Assembly (NCBI GenBank): GCA_963828195.1
Contig: CAWHDT010000007.1
Coordinates: 96,001 to 160,000, forward strand
Direction: 5' to 3'
From: Candidatus Bathyarchaeota archaeon
Lineage (GTDB): Archaea > Thermoproteota > Bathyarchaeia > Bathyarchaeales > Bathycorpusculaceae
DNA length: 64,000 bases
This document shows positions 9,130-18,590 of this stretch, in pieces. Both the position numbers and the translations under genes were made by a program. The notes beneath the pieces were generated by a model. It saw only the letters and a list, made by a program, of their open reading frames with translations, was not told the DNA's origin and searched no databases. Numbering within the stretch: position 1 is the first letter of the stretch; the number at the start of each line of letters is the position of its first letter.

Positions 9130-10641
9130 TTAAGTGCCTGTTAATCCTCCGAAAAGATGGGAAAGAACAATCTGAGAGACAACCAAAGACACATATGCGG
9201 TTGCCGCCAACAGCGCTGCGTGTTTAAATCCGGATCCCAAGTTACCTTCGCTGATTTTACCAATAAAGAACCCTGAGACCCAGCATTGAATAATTATGCC
9301 CACGGAGAACATGTTTAGCTGACTTGACATAGGTATTGCAGCGACTGAACCCAGAGTAGTGCTGTTAACGGTTGTCATCATGCTGGTCGTCAAGCTAGTA
9401 GTTAAAGCCACTATAGTTGTTGTAACAGCGATTAATCCGCTCCACATGAAAGCAAGAAGAATGTAAGGCTTCAAAAGTTCACGCCGGTTGACTTGCAACT
9501 CATGCTCTTTTTCGCTGTACTCTGAAAGAATCTCGAGCGATTGGGTTGAGTTTCCGCCGATTTCAATGGTCTCCACCATCATGGCAAAGTTAACCACGAC
9601 AAACCAGCTTCGAATTTCCTTACGGATGTTTTCAAAAGTTCTTCGCAGCGGTATGCCCCACTCGATTTGGCTTCGCATTAAATCTAAAAATTTGGAGAAA
9701 GGCCCGTAGTCTTTGCGTTTTGTGGCTTGTATGATGCTTTTTTCTGGTGAAAGCCCAGTTTTTTGAGAATCTGTTATGTCTCTTATGAAGCTAGGAAGGG
9801 ATTCTTCTGCGTTGTAATTGATTTTAGCGATCTTTCGATACTGGAGCGCAAGCGGCAGTGAAGAACCAACCAAGCATATTGTGGTGATTGCAGGTAACCC
9901 TACGGGGCTTACTGCTTGTGATATTGAAGGAACAATTCCGATGATAGCTATGACGGCGAATGCCGGCGGTATGAAGAAGAGGGCTTTTCTGTAGAGGTCT
10001 TTCAGGTCGGGAAAAGCGCTTTGCTGCAGATTATGCGCCATCAAAATGAAGACGCAGGACCCCACAGGCAATATGACAAACGCGATTAAGTAAGACAGCA
10101 TAGGCGACAGGGAAACTGAACCGCCGATTACCATTGACATAACGTTTGATGATGATAAGACAACAAAAAGAATATACGAGCACAACACAACAATCAGCAT
10201 AACCGAGTAGGCCTCAACTAAAGTGGCGATTTTCTCAATAGAGCGGTTCAGATTGATGTATCGCAGCTCAAAGATTGCCTTCAACTGGCTCTTCATGTAA
10301 TCAACCAGTTGTCCGCCGCTTCTAACCGAAGAAACAAAGCCGCCTAGAAAATTTCTATACAGCTTAGAGCCTGTGGCTTCTGCCCGCATCTGCATGACGG
10401 TTAAAGGGTCTTTGCCTAAAACTTCAACTTGGCGTACAACTTCGTCCGCTTCTTTTTTGAAGACTGGCAGGAACGTAAGTTTCCGCATTCTTTTCCAGCT
10501 ATCGTAGGGCGATATGCCGCTTGCAGCCATAAGAGTGAAAATCATTACTGCGAAAGGCAGTTCCCGCTCTGTTCTCTCTTTTTCTTCGCTAGTAGCCTTA
10601 TTCAGTGAACCGAATATTTTGCCTAGGAAACCGCCAGCCAT
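9130..10641 (-). CDS. Type II secretion system F-family (TadC/ArlJ-like) pilus membrane platform
   Basis: Two T2SSF repeats (ERELPFAVMIFTLMAASGISP; EESLPSFIRDITDSQKTGLSP) and multiple TMs. Confidence 0.92.
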   Translation of the reverse strand: MAGGFLGKIFGSLNKATSEEKERTERELPFAVMIFTLMAASGISPYDSWKRMRKLTFLPVFKKEADEVVRQVEVLGKDPLTVMQMRAEATGSKLYRNFLGGFVSSVRSGGQLVDYMKSQLKAIFELRYINLNRSIEKIATLVEAYSVMLIVVLCSYILFVVLSSSNVMSMVIGGSVSLSPMLSYLIAFVILPVGSCVFILMAHNLQQSAFPDLKDLYRKALFFIPPAFAVIAIIGIVPSISQAVSPVGLPAITTICLVGSSLPLALQYRKIAKINYNAEESLPSFIRDITDSQKTGLSPEKSIIQATKRKDYGPFSKFLDLMRSQIEWGIPLRRTFENIRKEIRSWFVVVNFAMMVETIEIGGNSTQSLEILSEYSEKEHELQVNRRELLKPYILLAFMWSGLIAVTTTIVALTTSLTTSMMTTVNSTTLGSVAAIPMSSQLNMFSVGIIIQCWVSGFFIGKISEGNLGSGFKHAALLAATAYVSLVVSQIVLSHLFGGLTGT

Positions 10642-10645
10642 CTTG

Positions 10646-12232
10646 TTATTTCTCCATGGAAGATTCTTTCGCGGTTAAATCTGCAAGTGCAAGTGAACTG
10701 TTGAGTGCCTTGTGTACGCTTCTGAAATCCCTCAGGTTCTTCTCGATCATGCTTAGCAAGATTTGTTTTCTTCGCTCAAACTCTTGTTGAACCACGCTGA
10801 GGGGTGCATCGAGGTTTTTGGCTATTTTAGTCAACAGGTAGCTTTTGTCCAGGTTTTGTGAGAAAGTGTCCGTTGACATGTTCCAATTAAACACTTGATG
10901 GGGAACGCCGTTGTTATCGATTTCAGCGACCTCTACGAATTTGCGTCCAGCAGTTTTTCGGTCTTGAGAGTTCAAGTAAGAAGTTTTAACTTGCTTGACA
11001 ATGATTACACAGTTCATTAGAGACAAAATGTTTTGTGGAATGTTCATCGGGGGCTGAGTTAGCCGTTTAATGACTGTTTCTACGTCGTCTGCGTGCATTG
11101 TGCATAATCCGCCGTGTCCAGTAGCCAGCGCCTGGAAGAGAACGTAGGCTTCTTCACCTCTGATTTCGCCTACAAGAATCAACGCGGGTCGGTGCCTTAC
11201 AGCTGATTTTATCAGGTCGTAGAGTGTGACTTCGCCTTGGCTGTCTCCCCCGAAGCCTGTTCGCGCAATAGTTGAAACCCAGTTTTCCTGAGGTAGATTA
11301 ATTTCTTGAACCTCCTCTACTGAAATCATTTTAAGTTCAGGACGCACCAGACATGCAATAGCATTTAACGCCGTTGTTTTCCCCGCACCCGTCGGACCCA
11401 CAATCATCACCGACATTTTATTTTCCATCAGCATCCAAAGGTACGCCGCGATTGACTCGTCAATTGTTTCGTTCATTATCAGGTCCACGATGGTTAAGGG
11501 GTCTTCTTTGAATTTTCTTATAGTGAAGCTTGTTCCAGCGGGAGTTGTTTCTTTTCCGAAAGAAATTGCAAGCCTATGCTTCCCCGGAAGAGTCAAGTCC
11601 ACAATTGGGTGAGCGATGCTTACGTGTTTGCCTTGTCTATGAACAATTCTCGTCATGAAATCGTCGAGTTCTTCCTCATCAGTAAAGATGATGTTGGTTC
11701 GTGCGTTAGCGTATTTTCTGTGATAAATGAACACTGACTTGTTTAGGCCCAAACAGCTTATGTCTTCAATTAGGGGATCGTTTATGAGCCCTTCGATTTT
11801 TCCGTAGCCGATCAGGTCTTTTTCGAGGTAATAAGTGATTTTTCGCAGACCCACTTGGTCGGTTCCTTCAAGAGCTTTCAGGTGCTCTTCCAAGATTCCT
11901 GGAAGTTGTCGGTGGAACGAGTCTACAAGAGTTTCATCTATCCTTGGAGCTTTAAGTTCATACTCAAGAATGTTCTTTAGTCGCTTGTAGGATTCCCGCT
12001 CTGCTCGTGACATGGGAAGTTCGTCAACAACGTAGAAGTAGCTGCCTTCCGCGTCATCTTGAAATATCCAAGCGTAAGAGAACGGGGGATTAAGGGGGTA
12101 ACTTTCAACTTGCGAGTAACCCTCAGGCACACGGTACCCCTGAATGCCCAGATACGCTATCATTTCCTCGTCTGAGTTTTTTTCTTTTTCTTGGATTTCT
12201 TCTTTCTTTTTGCCTAATTTCAATTCAATCAC
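10646..12232 (-). CDS. Type II/IV secretion ATPase (VirB11/ArlI-like pilus assembly ATPase)
   Basis: GYGKIEGLINDPLIEDI, FTIRKF, Walker A GPTGAGKTT, RHRPALILVGEIRG, ATGHGGLCTMHA. Confidence 0.95.
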   Translation of the reverse strand: MIELKLGKKKEEIQEKEKNSDEEMIAYLGIQGYRVPEGYSQVESYPLNPPFSYAWIFQDDAEGSYFYVVDELPMSRAERESYKRLKNILEYELKAPRIDETLVDSFHRQLPGILEEHLKALEGTDQVGLRKITYYLEKDLIGYGKIEGLINDPLIEDISCLGLNKSVFIYHRKYANARTNIIFTDEEELDDFMTRIVHRQGKHVSIAHPIVDLTLPGKHRLAISFGKETTPAGTSFTIRKFKEDPLTIVDLIMNETIDESIAAYLWMLMENKMSVMIVGPTGAGKTTALNAIACLVRPELKMISVEEVQEINLPQENWVSTIARTGFGGDSQGEVTLYDLIKSAVRHRPALILVGEIRGEEAYVLFQALATGHGGLCTMHADDVETVIKRLTQPPMNIPQNILSLMNCVIIVKQVKTSYLNSQDRKTAGRKFVEVAEIDNNGVPHQVFNWNMSTDTFSQNLDKSYLLTKIAKNLDAPLSVVQQEFERRKQILLSMIEKNLRDFRSVHKALNSSLALADLTAKESSMEK

Positions 12233-12684
12233 TCACTAGTTAAAGTTAAAGTAACAGTTTGGTTGTCGTTACAACACTGCAGAAAAGCCCTGCCCCAGCC
12301 ACTAACGAAATTTCCTGACGCGTTAATTTCAGCCGGTATGTAAATTTGCGGTTGATTTTGCACGGCTGATCCAAAACCTGATTCAACCCATGCGCTTGAC
12401 GAATCGTTTGCTAGGCTTATCGAGTATTCTTTGTTTCCGATTTGCGACGGAAGATCCAGAAACGCAGTAGCATTTTGGCCGTCTTGGGCTACGTGTGTTA
12501 CAAGGCTCAGGCTTTGTGCTGCCACATACTCGTCAACATTGGTTAACTGTTGGGTTTCCGCTTCATTTCTGATGTTTAACATGGAAACGCTGCAGCTGCA
12601 AACTATGATTGCGCAAACGACAAGGGCAGCAAAAATCGAGTACATGTAACTTGGAATTATCGTCACCATAGTTACTGGATCCAC
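12229..12684 (-). CDS. Minor pilin-like membrane-anchored protein
   Basis: N-terminal TM; LDLPSQIGNKEYSI motif typical of archaeal pilus accessory proteins. Confidence 0.6.
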   Translation of the reverse strand: MDPVTMVTIIPSYMYSIFAALVVCAIIVCSCSVSMLNIRNEAETQQLTNVDEYVAAQSLSLVTHVAQDGQNATAFLDLPSQIGNKEYSISLANDSSSAWVESGFGSAVQNQPQIYIPAEINASGNFVSGWGRAFLQCCNDNQTVTLTLTSE

Positions 12685-13454
12685 CTCTGGATTGACACGT
12701 TAGAAATGACGGTTTCTATGTAAATCACTGCGCCGTAATTGGTGCTTGAAATCGGAATCGAAACGGTTCCGTCGGCGCCGTTCAGCTGCGAATTTATGGT
12801 TAAGCTTTCAGGTTGGTAGGGGACATTGTAGGTTTCAGTTGTAAGTTGTGTTCCTGTGCAGGAGATTTGTAGGGGGAGCTCGCCTCCCAAAGCTATCGGG
12901 TCTGATGAGTTTAAGTTGACGATGTAGATTCGGATGTCGTTGACGGCTTGACCATTTTCGTCTCCTCCAGTTGCATACGTTACGGTTGGCCGGTACTGCA
13001 GCTGAATCTCAGGTCCTGTGGGTGAACTTGTCAAGTAGAGTTGGCTCGGCGTCGCGCCGCTTTGGTTAGTTATTGTTTGGCTGTCTCCAGATAGGTAATA
13101 TCCCATGTCAAGGGAGCCTGAACATGGAAGATCATAGGTGACTTGCCCCACCGAAGCGTTAAAGATAGTGTCGTCGATGCTCGAATTATCCGTGACGTTG
13201 ATGGTTAAGATGTTGCTGGCTGGTTCTACATTTGTTGTTCCGCCTGAATCGCTCAAATCAATCGTGCTAGAAGAGCCAGGCTGCCCCAAAGTTGAAAGAA
13301 CATCGTTGTTTAAAGATATAAAGTCCTGTTGAGCCGTGGAAACTTTGAGAGATTCACTCTGGACGCCGATGTTTTCAACCGCAAAATAATAAGTAACTGT
13401 AATGATCCCAAGAGTTGACACAAGCAGTATAAGAAATGTAACTGGCAACGCCAA
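12672..13454 (-). CDS. Minor pilin-like protein; its signal peptide extends to TTG 13511 but is broken by an in-frame TGA at 13490-13488
   Basis: Hydrophobic N-terminus LALPVTFLILLVSTLGII; the upstream frame reads MTITLHS*RFRRFAKSKCA. Confidence 0.6.
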   Translation of the reverse strand: MALPVTFLILLVSTLGIITVTYYFAVENIGVQSESLKVSTAQQDFISLNNDVLSTLGQPGSSSTIDLSDSGGTTNVEPASNILTINVTDNSSIDDTIFNASVGQVTYDLPCSGSLDMGYYLSGDSQTITNQSGATPSQLYLTSSPTGPEIQLQYRPTVTYATGGDENGQAVNDIRIYIVNLNSSDPIALGGELPLQISCTGTQLTTETYNVPYQPESLTINSQLNGADGTVSIPISSTNYGAVIYIETVISNVSIQRWIQ

Positions 13455-13680
13455 TGCACATTTAGATTTGGCAAACCTTCTGAAGCGTCAACTGTGCAAA
13501 GTAATTGTCAATTACATCCTCTCGTAAATGTGCATTTACAATAGAGAAGTCAGAAAATGGATTAAGCCATTTGTGTGTATTAACAATTCACATATTATTT
13601 CGAAAATAAATTAAATCGGGTTAAGCAAAACTAAAAATTTTATAAAAAATATAGGGGAGGGGGATGAATGCTTTTGCTAT

Positions 13681-14235
13681 TTAAGTGCCTAAAGATGTTG
13701 ATGATGCTTGAACGTTTGTCTCTGTGTAGTATGCTGCGTCTGCGGTGAAGACTGTGAGGGATATCGTTGTGCCTATGTCTGCTGTGGAAACACTGCCTGG
13801 AGCAACCATCCAAACGTTGATAGACTTGCCTGAATCCAACACTATGGGGCCGCTAGTTGTTTGGTATTTGCCTGTTGCGTTAGTGACAAACGCCGCAGCT
13901 GATACAGCTGATATGTCTGCACTAGGTGTCCCCGTTGACGTATAACATGTGCCCGTGAAAGATGGCTGTCCGCGCACTTCGATCTGGTTGATAACTACGT
14001 CGCGTCCGCCAGTATTAGATATCACAATCCCAGCTACTGCATTACCGTCCGAGTCACACCAAATGTGAGCAAAGTTAACTGTTACACTTTCTGTCTGAAC
14101 CCTGGTGCTGACAACGTTGATAGCAAAGTAAGTAACGACGCCTGCAAGAAGCACTGAAACGACAAGAATGATTAGCGTAGTAATGACTGTACTAAGAGCC
14201 AAACGATTCTTCATCAATTTATGCATATTTATCAT
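13681..14235 (-). CDS. Major pilin paralog A (archaellin/type IV pilin-like N-terminus)
   Basis: KLMKNRLA/LSTVITTLIILVVSVLLAGVVTYFA class III signal; NTGGRDVVINQIEVRG. Confidence 0.85.
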   Translation of the reverse strand: MINMHKLMKNRLALSTVITTLIILVVSVLLAGVVTYFAINVVSTRVQTESVTVNFAHIWCDSDGNAVAGIVISNTGGRDVVINQIEVRGQPSFTGTCYTSTGTPSADISAVSAAAFVTNATGKYQTTSGPIVLDSGKSINVWMVAPGSVSTADIGTTISLTVFTADAAYYTETNVQASSTSLGT

Positions 14236-15070
14236 TTTATTTTTTAACTCCGTTGAAAAAGCTTACGCGTTTTCGGGATAAGTAAACTTGTGCGTAAAAA
14301 AAAATACACATCTGACAAAAAAACGCAAGGAGAAACATAACAACAAGAAGGAAAACAGAAGAATAATGTCACTTAAAATATTTCTTCAAAAATAGAAAGA
14401 ACATGGGGGAAGAGAGGGATAATCTCTTGTTTGGTTAAGCTAAAGATGTTGATGATCCTTGAACGTTTGTCTCTGAATAGTATGCTGCTTGAGCTGTGAA
14501 GACCGTGAAGGATATAGTTGTGCCTATGTCTGCTGTGGAAACACTGCCTGGAGCAACGATATAAACTTGTTCGCATCCGCCTGACGCTAACACTATAGGA
14601 CCAGTTGTTAGACCTTCGGCTGCAGTTTTAGCCTTTAATGCGGTTTGTGTCATAGATGATAAGTCTGCGCCAGGTGTGCCTGCTGAAGCAACTACGGTGT
14701 CTGATGGGAATATTGGTTGCCCTCGCACTTCAATTTGGTTGATAACTACGTCGCGTCCGCCAGTATTAGTTATCAAAAGCGCACCTACGGCGTTACCGGC
14801 TGAGTCAACCCAAATGTGAGCAAAGTTAATTGTTACACTTTCTGTCTGAACCCTGGTGCTGACAACGTTGATAGCAAAGTAAGTAACGACGCCTGCAAGA
14901 AGCACTGCAACGACAAGAATGATTAGCGTAGTAATGACTGTACTAAGAGCCAAACGATTCTTCATCAATTTATGCATATTTATCATTTTATTTTTTAACT
15001 CCGTTGAAAAAGCTTACGCGTTTTCGGGATAAGTAAACTTGTGCGTAAAAAAAAATACACATCTGACAAA
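14059..15070. repeat. Direct repeat of about 261 bp (14059-14319 and 14810-15070) covering the promoter and 5' end of pilins A and B
   Basis: Aligned by eye: offset 751, only two substitutions seen, shared A9 tract. Confidence 0.92.
14435..14986 (-). CDS. Major pilin paralog B
   Basis: N-terminal ~58 aa nearly identical to paralog A. Confidence 0.85.
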   Translation of the reverse strand: MINMHKLMKNRLALSTVITTLIILVVAVLLAGVVTYFAINVVSTRVQTESVTINFAHIWVDSAGNAVGALLITNTGGRDVVINQIEVRGQPIFPSDTVVASAGTPGADLSSMTQTALKAKTAAEGLTTGPIVLASGGCEQVYIVAPGSVSTADIGTTISFTVFTAQAAYYSETNVQGSSTSLA

Positions 15071-15162
15071 TTCAAAAGAGAAAAAAATTCAGTGCATATT
15101 TTAGGTGAAATGAAAAGAATTGAGAGGGGTAATATCCTCCCGTAAGTTCTTCGATTTTTGGA

Positions 15163-15750
15163 TCATGTGCCAGTATATGCTTGGACGTTTGTTTCTTTGT
15201 AGTACATTGCTTGTGCTGTGAAGACTGTCAAGCCGACTGTTAAGCCTATGTCGTTGAGCCCGACGCTGCCTGGTGATAGGATGTAGACGACCGTGGTGTC
15301 GCCTGAAGGCAGTACTAAGCTGCCCGGAGATGCAGCTAGTGGGTTGTTAAAGGTTCCTACGGTTGCAGTGGCAAGTGTTGGGCCAGTGAGGGTGTCCGTG
15401 TATGCTAAGCCTTGGTTTAAGTTATCAGCTGTAACTGCCATAAGAAAGAATACGCTTGTGCATGGTTGTCCAAGTACTTGAATTTGGCTGATGACTACGT
15501 CGCGTCCGCCAGTGTTAGTGATCATCATTGCGGCTTCAACGGGACCGGTTGCTGTGGTTGAAGGCACCCAAATGTGGACGTTTGAAACTGAGACACTTTC
15601 CTGTTGAACCCTAGTGCTCACTACGTTTATGGCAAAGTAAGTTACTACACCCGCAAGCAGTATTGCTACTACTAGGATTATGAGTGTAGTGATTACCGTG
15701 GCTAGCGCGTAACGGTTTTTTAAGAGCCGCCTTATTGTTAAGTGGATCAT
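15163..15750 (-). CDS. Major pilin paralog C
   Basis: RRLLKNRYA/LATVITTLIILVVAILLAGVVTYFA; same conserved blocks, more diverged. Confidence 0.85.
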   Translation of the reverse strand: MIHLTIRRLLKNRYALATVITTLIILVVAILLAGVVTYFAINVVSTRVQQESVSVSNVHIWVPSTTATGPVEAAMMITNTGGRDVVISQIQVLGQPCTSVFFLMAVTADNLNQGLAYTDTLTGPTLATATVGTFNNPLAASPGSLVLPSGDTTVVYILSPGSVGLNDIGLTVGLTVFTAQAMYYKETNVQAYTGT

Positions 15751-16058
15751 TGCTTATTTTTCACCTGTAGCAAAAAGAACAGACATTTCCTTATAAATAT
15801 CTTCCGTAGCAAGACTCAATATACTTGGTCTTTATTGAAAAAACAAAATTCAACCCCACGAAAAAACGACAAAACACACGACAAATCAAAAGCAACTCGC
15901 CATGAAACTTTAGTTTTTTCACAAAAGATACCCGCTAATTTCCACAGAAGAAAGAGCGGCTCGAACTGCAATCCTGGTTTGAAAATATAGATTCAGTCTT
16001 CATAACCAATATGGTCTAGCACCAGTTAATACCATAACGTTCGCAAGCTGATTTAGCC

Positions 16059-18161
16059 ATGCATCTGAAAATTAACCCCCAAACAAAAATCCTATCACTA
16101 ATTATAATGGTAGCCTTAGTTTTCAGTCCAATATTCATGGCTCAAGCTGCAACCACTCAGACCCAAACTTCAGCCACCACAACTCTTCCAACTGCCCAAT
16201 TAACCACAACGTCAGAATACATAAACTATGTTCAGAATTTTGTGAACACCCAAGGAAACTGCACTTACATGGCAAAACCAATGTTTCCAGTACTAATCAA
16301 TGATTCTCAAATACCGATCGGTGAAAACTGGACCATCATATGTACTCTGCAAGCGGACCTTAACTATCATATTTACCTTTATGGTGCATGGGTAAACACT
16401 TCAGCCCAGGCGATAACGGACTATAACGTCTTCGTCTATGACCCGCTGGGAAACTTGGTCAGCTCCCACATCGAATCAGCCGGTTTTCCACCACATTTAG
16501 GCACAACTGTAAATGACACGTTTTTCACGCCGGCTCTATCGGGTAACTACTCGTTTGTTATATATAATAACCCGTTTGGAAGTAAAGGTGCTCAACAGGC
16601 AACTTTTATGATAATTCAAAATCTTGCCTGCGACACATGGTACAGTAGTTATGTCGAAGGCACAAGTAGCAGCCTCCCAAGTTTCTACACAAACTGGGCC
16701 TACGAGTTCGCAACCAACTCGTCACATGTTCAATTGTACATAAAGGTTCCAGATTCACTAGGCATGTATGAAGCTAGGCTTTACTTAATGAATAACGAGG
16801 AATCTCCAACTTTAAGTAATTTTCCACTGGCTTGGGAACCAGGTTTATACGGCAACCTAAGCGATTCGGTCGGCGGCTACAACTTTGAACCTAACGACTA
16901 CAGAGGCGTAGCATACACAACCGATGAACAGATGGGGCAATTCTTGACTCTAAATTACACCTCTCCGAATACTGGGGAAAATCTCTATCAGCTAGTGCTC
17001 ATAGGCAATGTAGGTGCAGGGAATATACAGTTAATGATGAAAGATGATTTTGAAAACGCTTCTTTGATATCTTCACCTATGACGATTTTCCCTTATACTC
17101 CGACCGGACTCACTTTTACCTCAACTAACAACAGCACTATTTTGGAGACCTCACAGCTTTTATACACTACCGACAACTGGGCCGACAATAATACTATCAA
17201 CATGAATGTTAACAATCAAATATGCAATGCCACGATTCCAGGCCAACCAACGGGAACACTGGTTCAATACCAAGTTAACGCAACTGATATTCTGGAAAAC
17301 ATCTTGTGCGCGGCGGGAAACTATACAGTGGAAAATGCTTCCTTAGCGCCTTCGATTGCTATTCCAAGTGAAGTTTTTCCTAATGAGCCCACCATAATGG
17401 CTTTCACGTCAAACAGCACTAATTTGGCGACAGCTCAACTGTCTTACACCGCCAACAATTGGACCAGCACCAATAACGTGAACATGAATATCAGCAACGA
17501 AACATGCAACGCCACAATCCCAGGCCAACCAGCAGGAACACTGGTTCAGTATCGAGTCAACGCAACGGATATTTTTGAAAATGGCTTCAGTACATCGGGC
17601 AACTACACGGTGAAAGATCCGTTGATGCTAAACATTACCTCATCAGAAAGCAAGATACGCCTTGGCGAAAACGTCACGGTTGACGGGGTTCTATCGCCTA
17701 ACTATTTCGAATACGACGCTGCCTTGAACGCCAATAGTTCTGTAACTGCTAGCGATCAAAACTCCACCGTTTCCTCGGCAGCTACTTCCAACTCTACTGG
17801 TTCTGCGGGTACTACGAGCCCTAATTATTCGATGGGTGCTCCAAACTACAATGATTCTATTATTGAAGTTCAGTTCAGCAGCATCAACTCCACCCAAACA
17901 GTCGATTGCCTAGTGAGCAGCAATGGTACTTTTGTTGCGTCTTTCAAACCTGACTCTTCTGGACTATGGGCTGTCGGTGCAGCGTGTCCTGAAACCCAAA
18001 CATCCTACAGCTGCATCAGCCAAGAGCTAACGGTGACAGTTAACCCGGTACCAATCTACGTTAAGGATGCCCTTTATATTGTGGCTGGATTAATGGCGCT
18101 TATAGCGGCTGGCGGAGCAGTCTACTTTTTGAAGTTCAGAAACAACAGTGGATTTCGATAG
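16059..18161 (+). CDS. Cell-surface glycoprotein with signal peptide, tandem internal domain duplication and C-terminal TM
   Basis: Signal peptide; duplicated ~93-aa unit ending NATIPGQP.GTLVQY.VNATDI.EN; many NxS/T sequons; TM followed by a basic tail. Confidence 0.75.
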   Translation: MHLKINPQTKILSLIIMVALVFSPIFMAQAATTQTQTSATTTLPTAQLTTTSEYINYVQNFVNTQGNCTYMAKPMFPVLINDSQIPIGENWTIICTLQADLNYHIYLYGAWVNTSAQAITDYNVFVYDPLGNLVSSHIESAGFPPHLGTTVNDTFFTPALSGNYSFVIYNNPFGSKGAQQATFMIIQNLACDTWYSSYVEGTSSSLPSFYTNWAYEFATNSSHVQLYIKVPDSLGMYEARLYLMNNEESPTLSNFPLAWEPGLYGNLSDSVGGYNFEPNDYRGVAYTTDEQMGQFLTLNYTSPNTGENLYQLVLIGNVGAGNIQLMMKDDFENASLISSPMTIFPYTPTGLTFTSTNNSTILETSQLLYTTDNWADNNTINMNVNNQICNATIPGQPTGTLVQYQVNATDILENILCAAGNYTVENASLAPSIAIPSEVFPNEPTIMAFTSNSTNLATAQLSYTANNWTSTNNVNMNISNETCNATIPGQPAGTLVQYRVNATDIFENGFSTSGNYTVKDPLMLNITSSESKIRLGENVTVDGVLSPNYFEYDAALNANSSVTASDQNSTVSSAATSNSTGSAGTTSPNYSMGAPNYNDSIIEVQFSSINSTQTVDCLVSSNGTFVASFKPDSSGLWAVGAACPETQTSYSCISQELTVTVNPVPIYVKDALYIVAGLMALIAAGGAVYFLKFRNNSGFR

Positions 18162-18266
18162 ATACCCTCAGACGCTGAAGGCAAGTTCTCCTATGCAATT
18201 GAAGGAAGCCACAAAACTTATTTCATAATCAACGAGTAACATCAGTAGAAGCAGAAGCTGGGTAAG

Positions 18267-18578
18267 ATGGATAATTTTATTCCTGTTTTAGAAGAAAAAG
18301 AGTTGCAAGAAGGTACAATGAAGCTTGTGTCAGTTGAAGGGTGCCCAATTTTACTGGTTAAGCAGTCTGGCCAAATTTTTGCTATCGATAACCGCTGTCC
18401 ACACATGGGCTGTGCTTTTTCAGGCGGGTCCCTTGATGGTTTCGTAATTGTTTGCCCCTGTCACGATTGGCGCTTTGATTTGAAAACAGGTGAGTATGAA
18501 GATGAGCCGTCAATAAAACTAAAATTTTACGAGTGGAAAATTGAGTCTGGCAAAATCTGGATAAAACTCGAAGAATAA
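18267..18578 (+). CDS. Rieske [2Fe-2S] ferredoxin
   Basis: CPHMG...CPCHDWRFDLKTG. Confidence 0.92.
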   Translation: MDNFIPVLEEKELQEGTMKLVSVEGCPILLVKQSGQIFAIDNRCPHMGCAFSGGSLDGFVIVCPCHDWRFDLKTGEYEDEPSIKLKFYEWKIESGKIWIKLEE

Positions 18579-18590
18579 ACTTAAGGACCA

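Noticed and set aside
6884-15750. Archaellum operon
   Set aside because: No ArlH KaiC-like ATPase, ArlF/G or chemotaxis genes were recognised.
13681-15750. Diversity-generating retroelement acting on the pilins
   Set aside because: No reverse transcriptase; differences include indels and are not confined to adenines.
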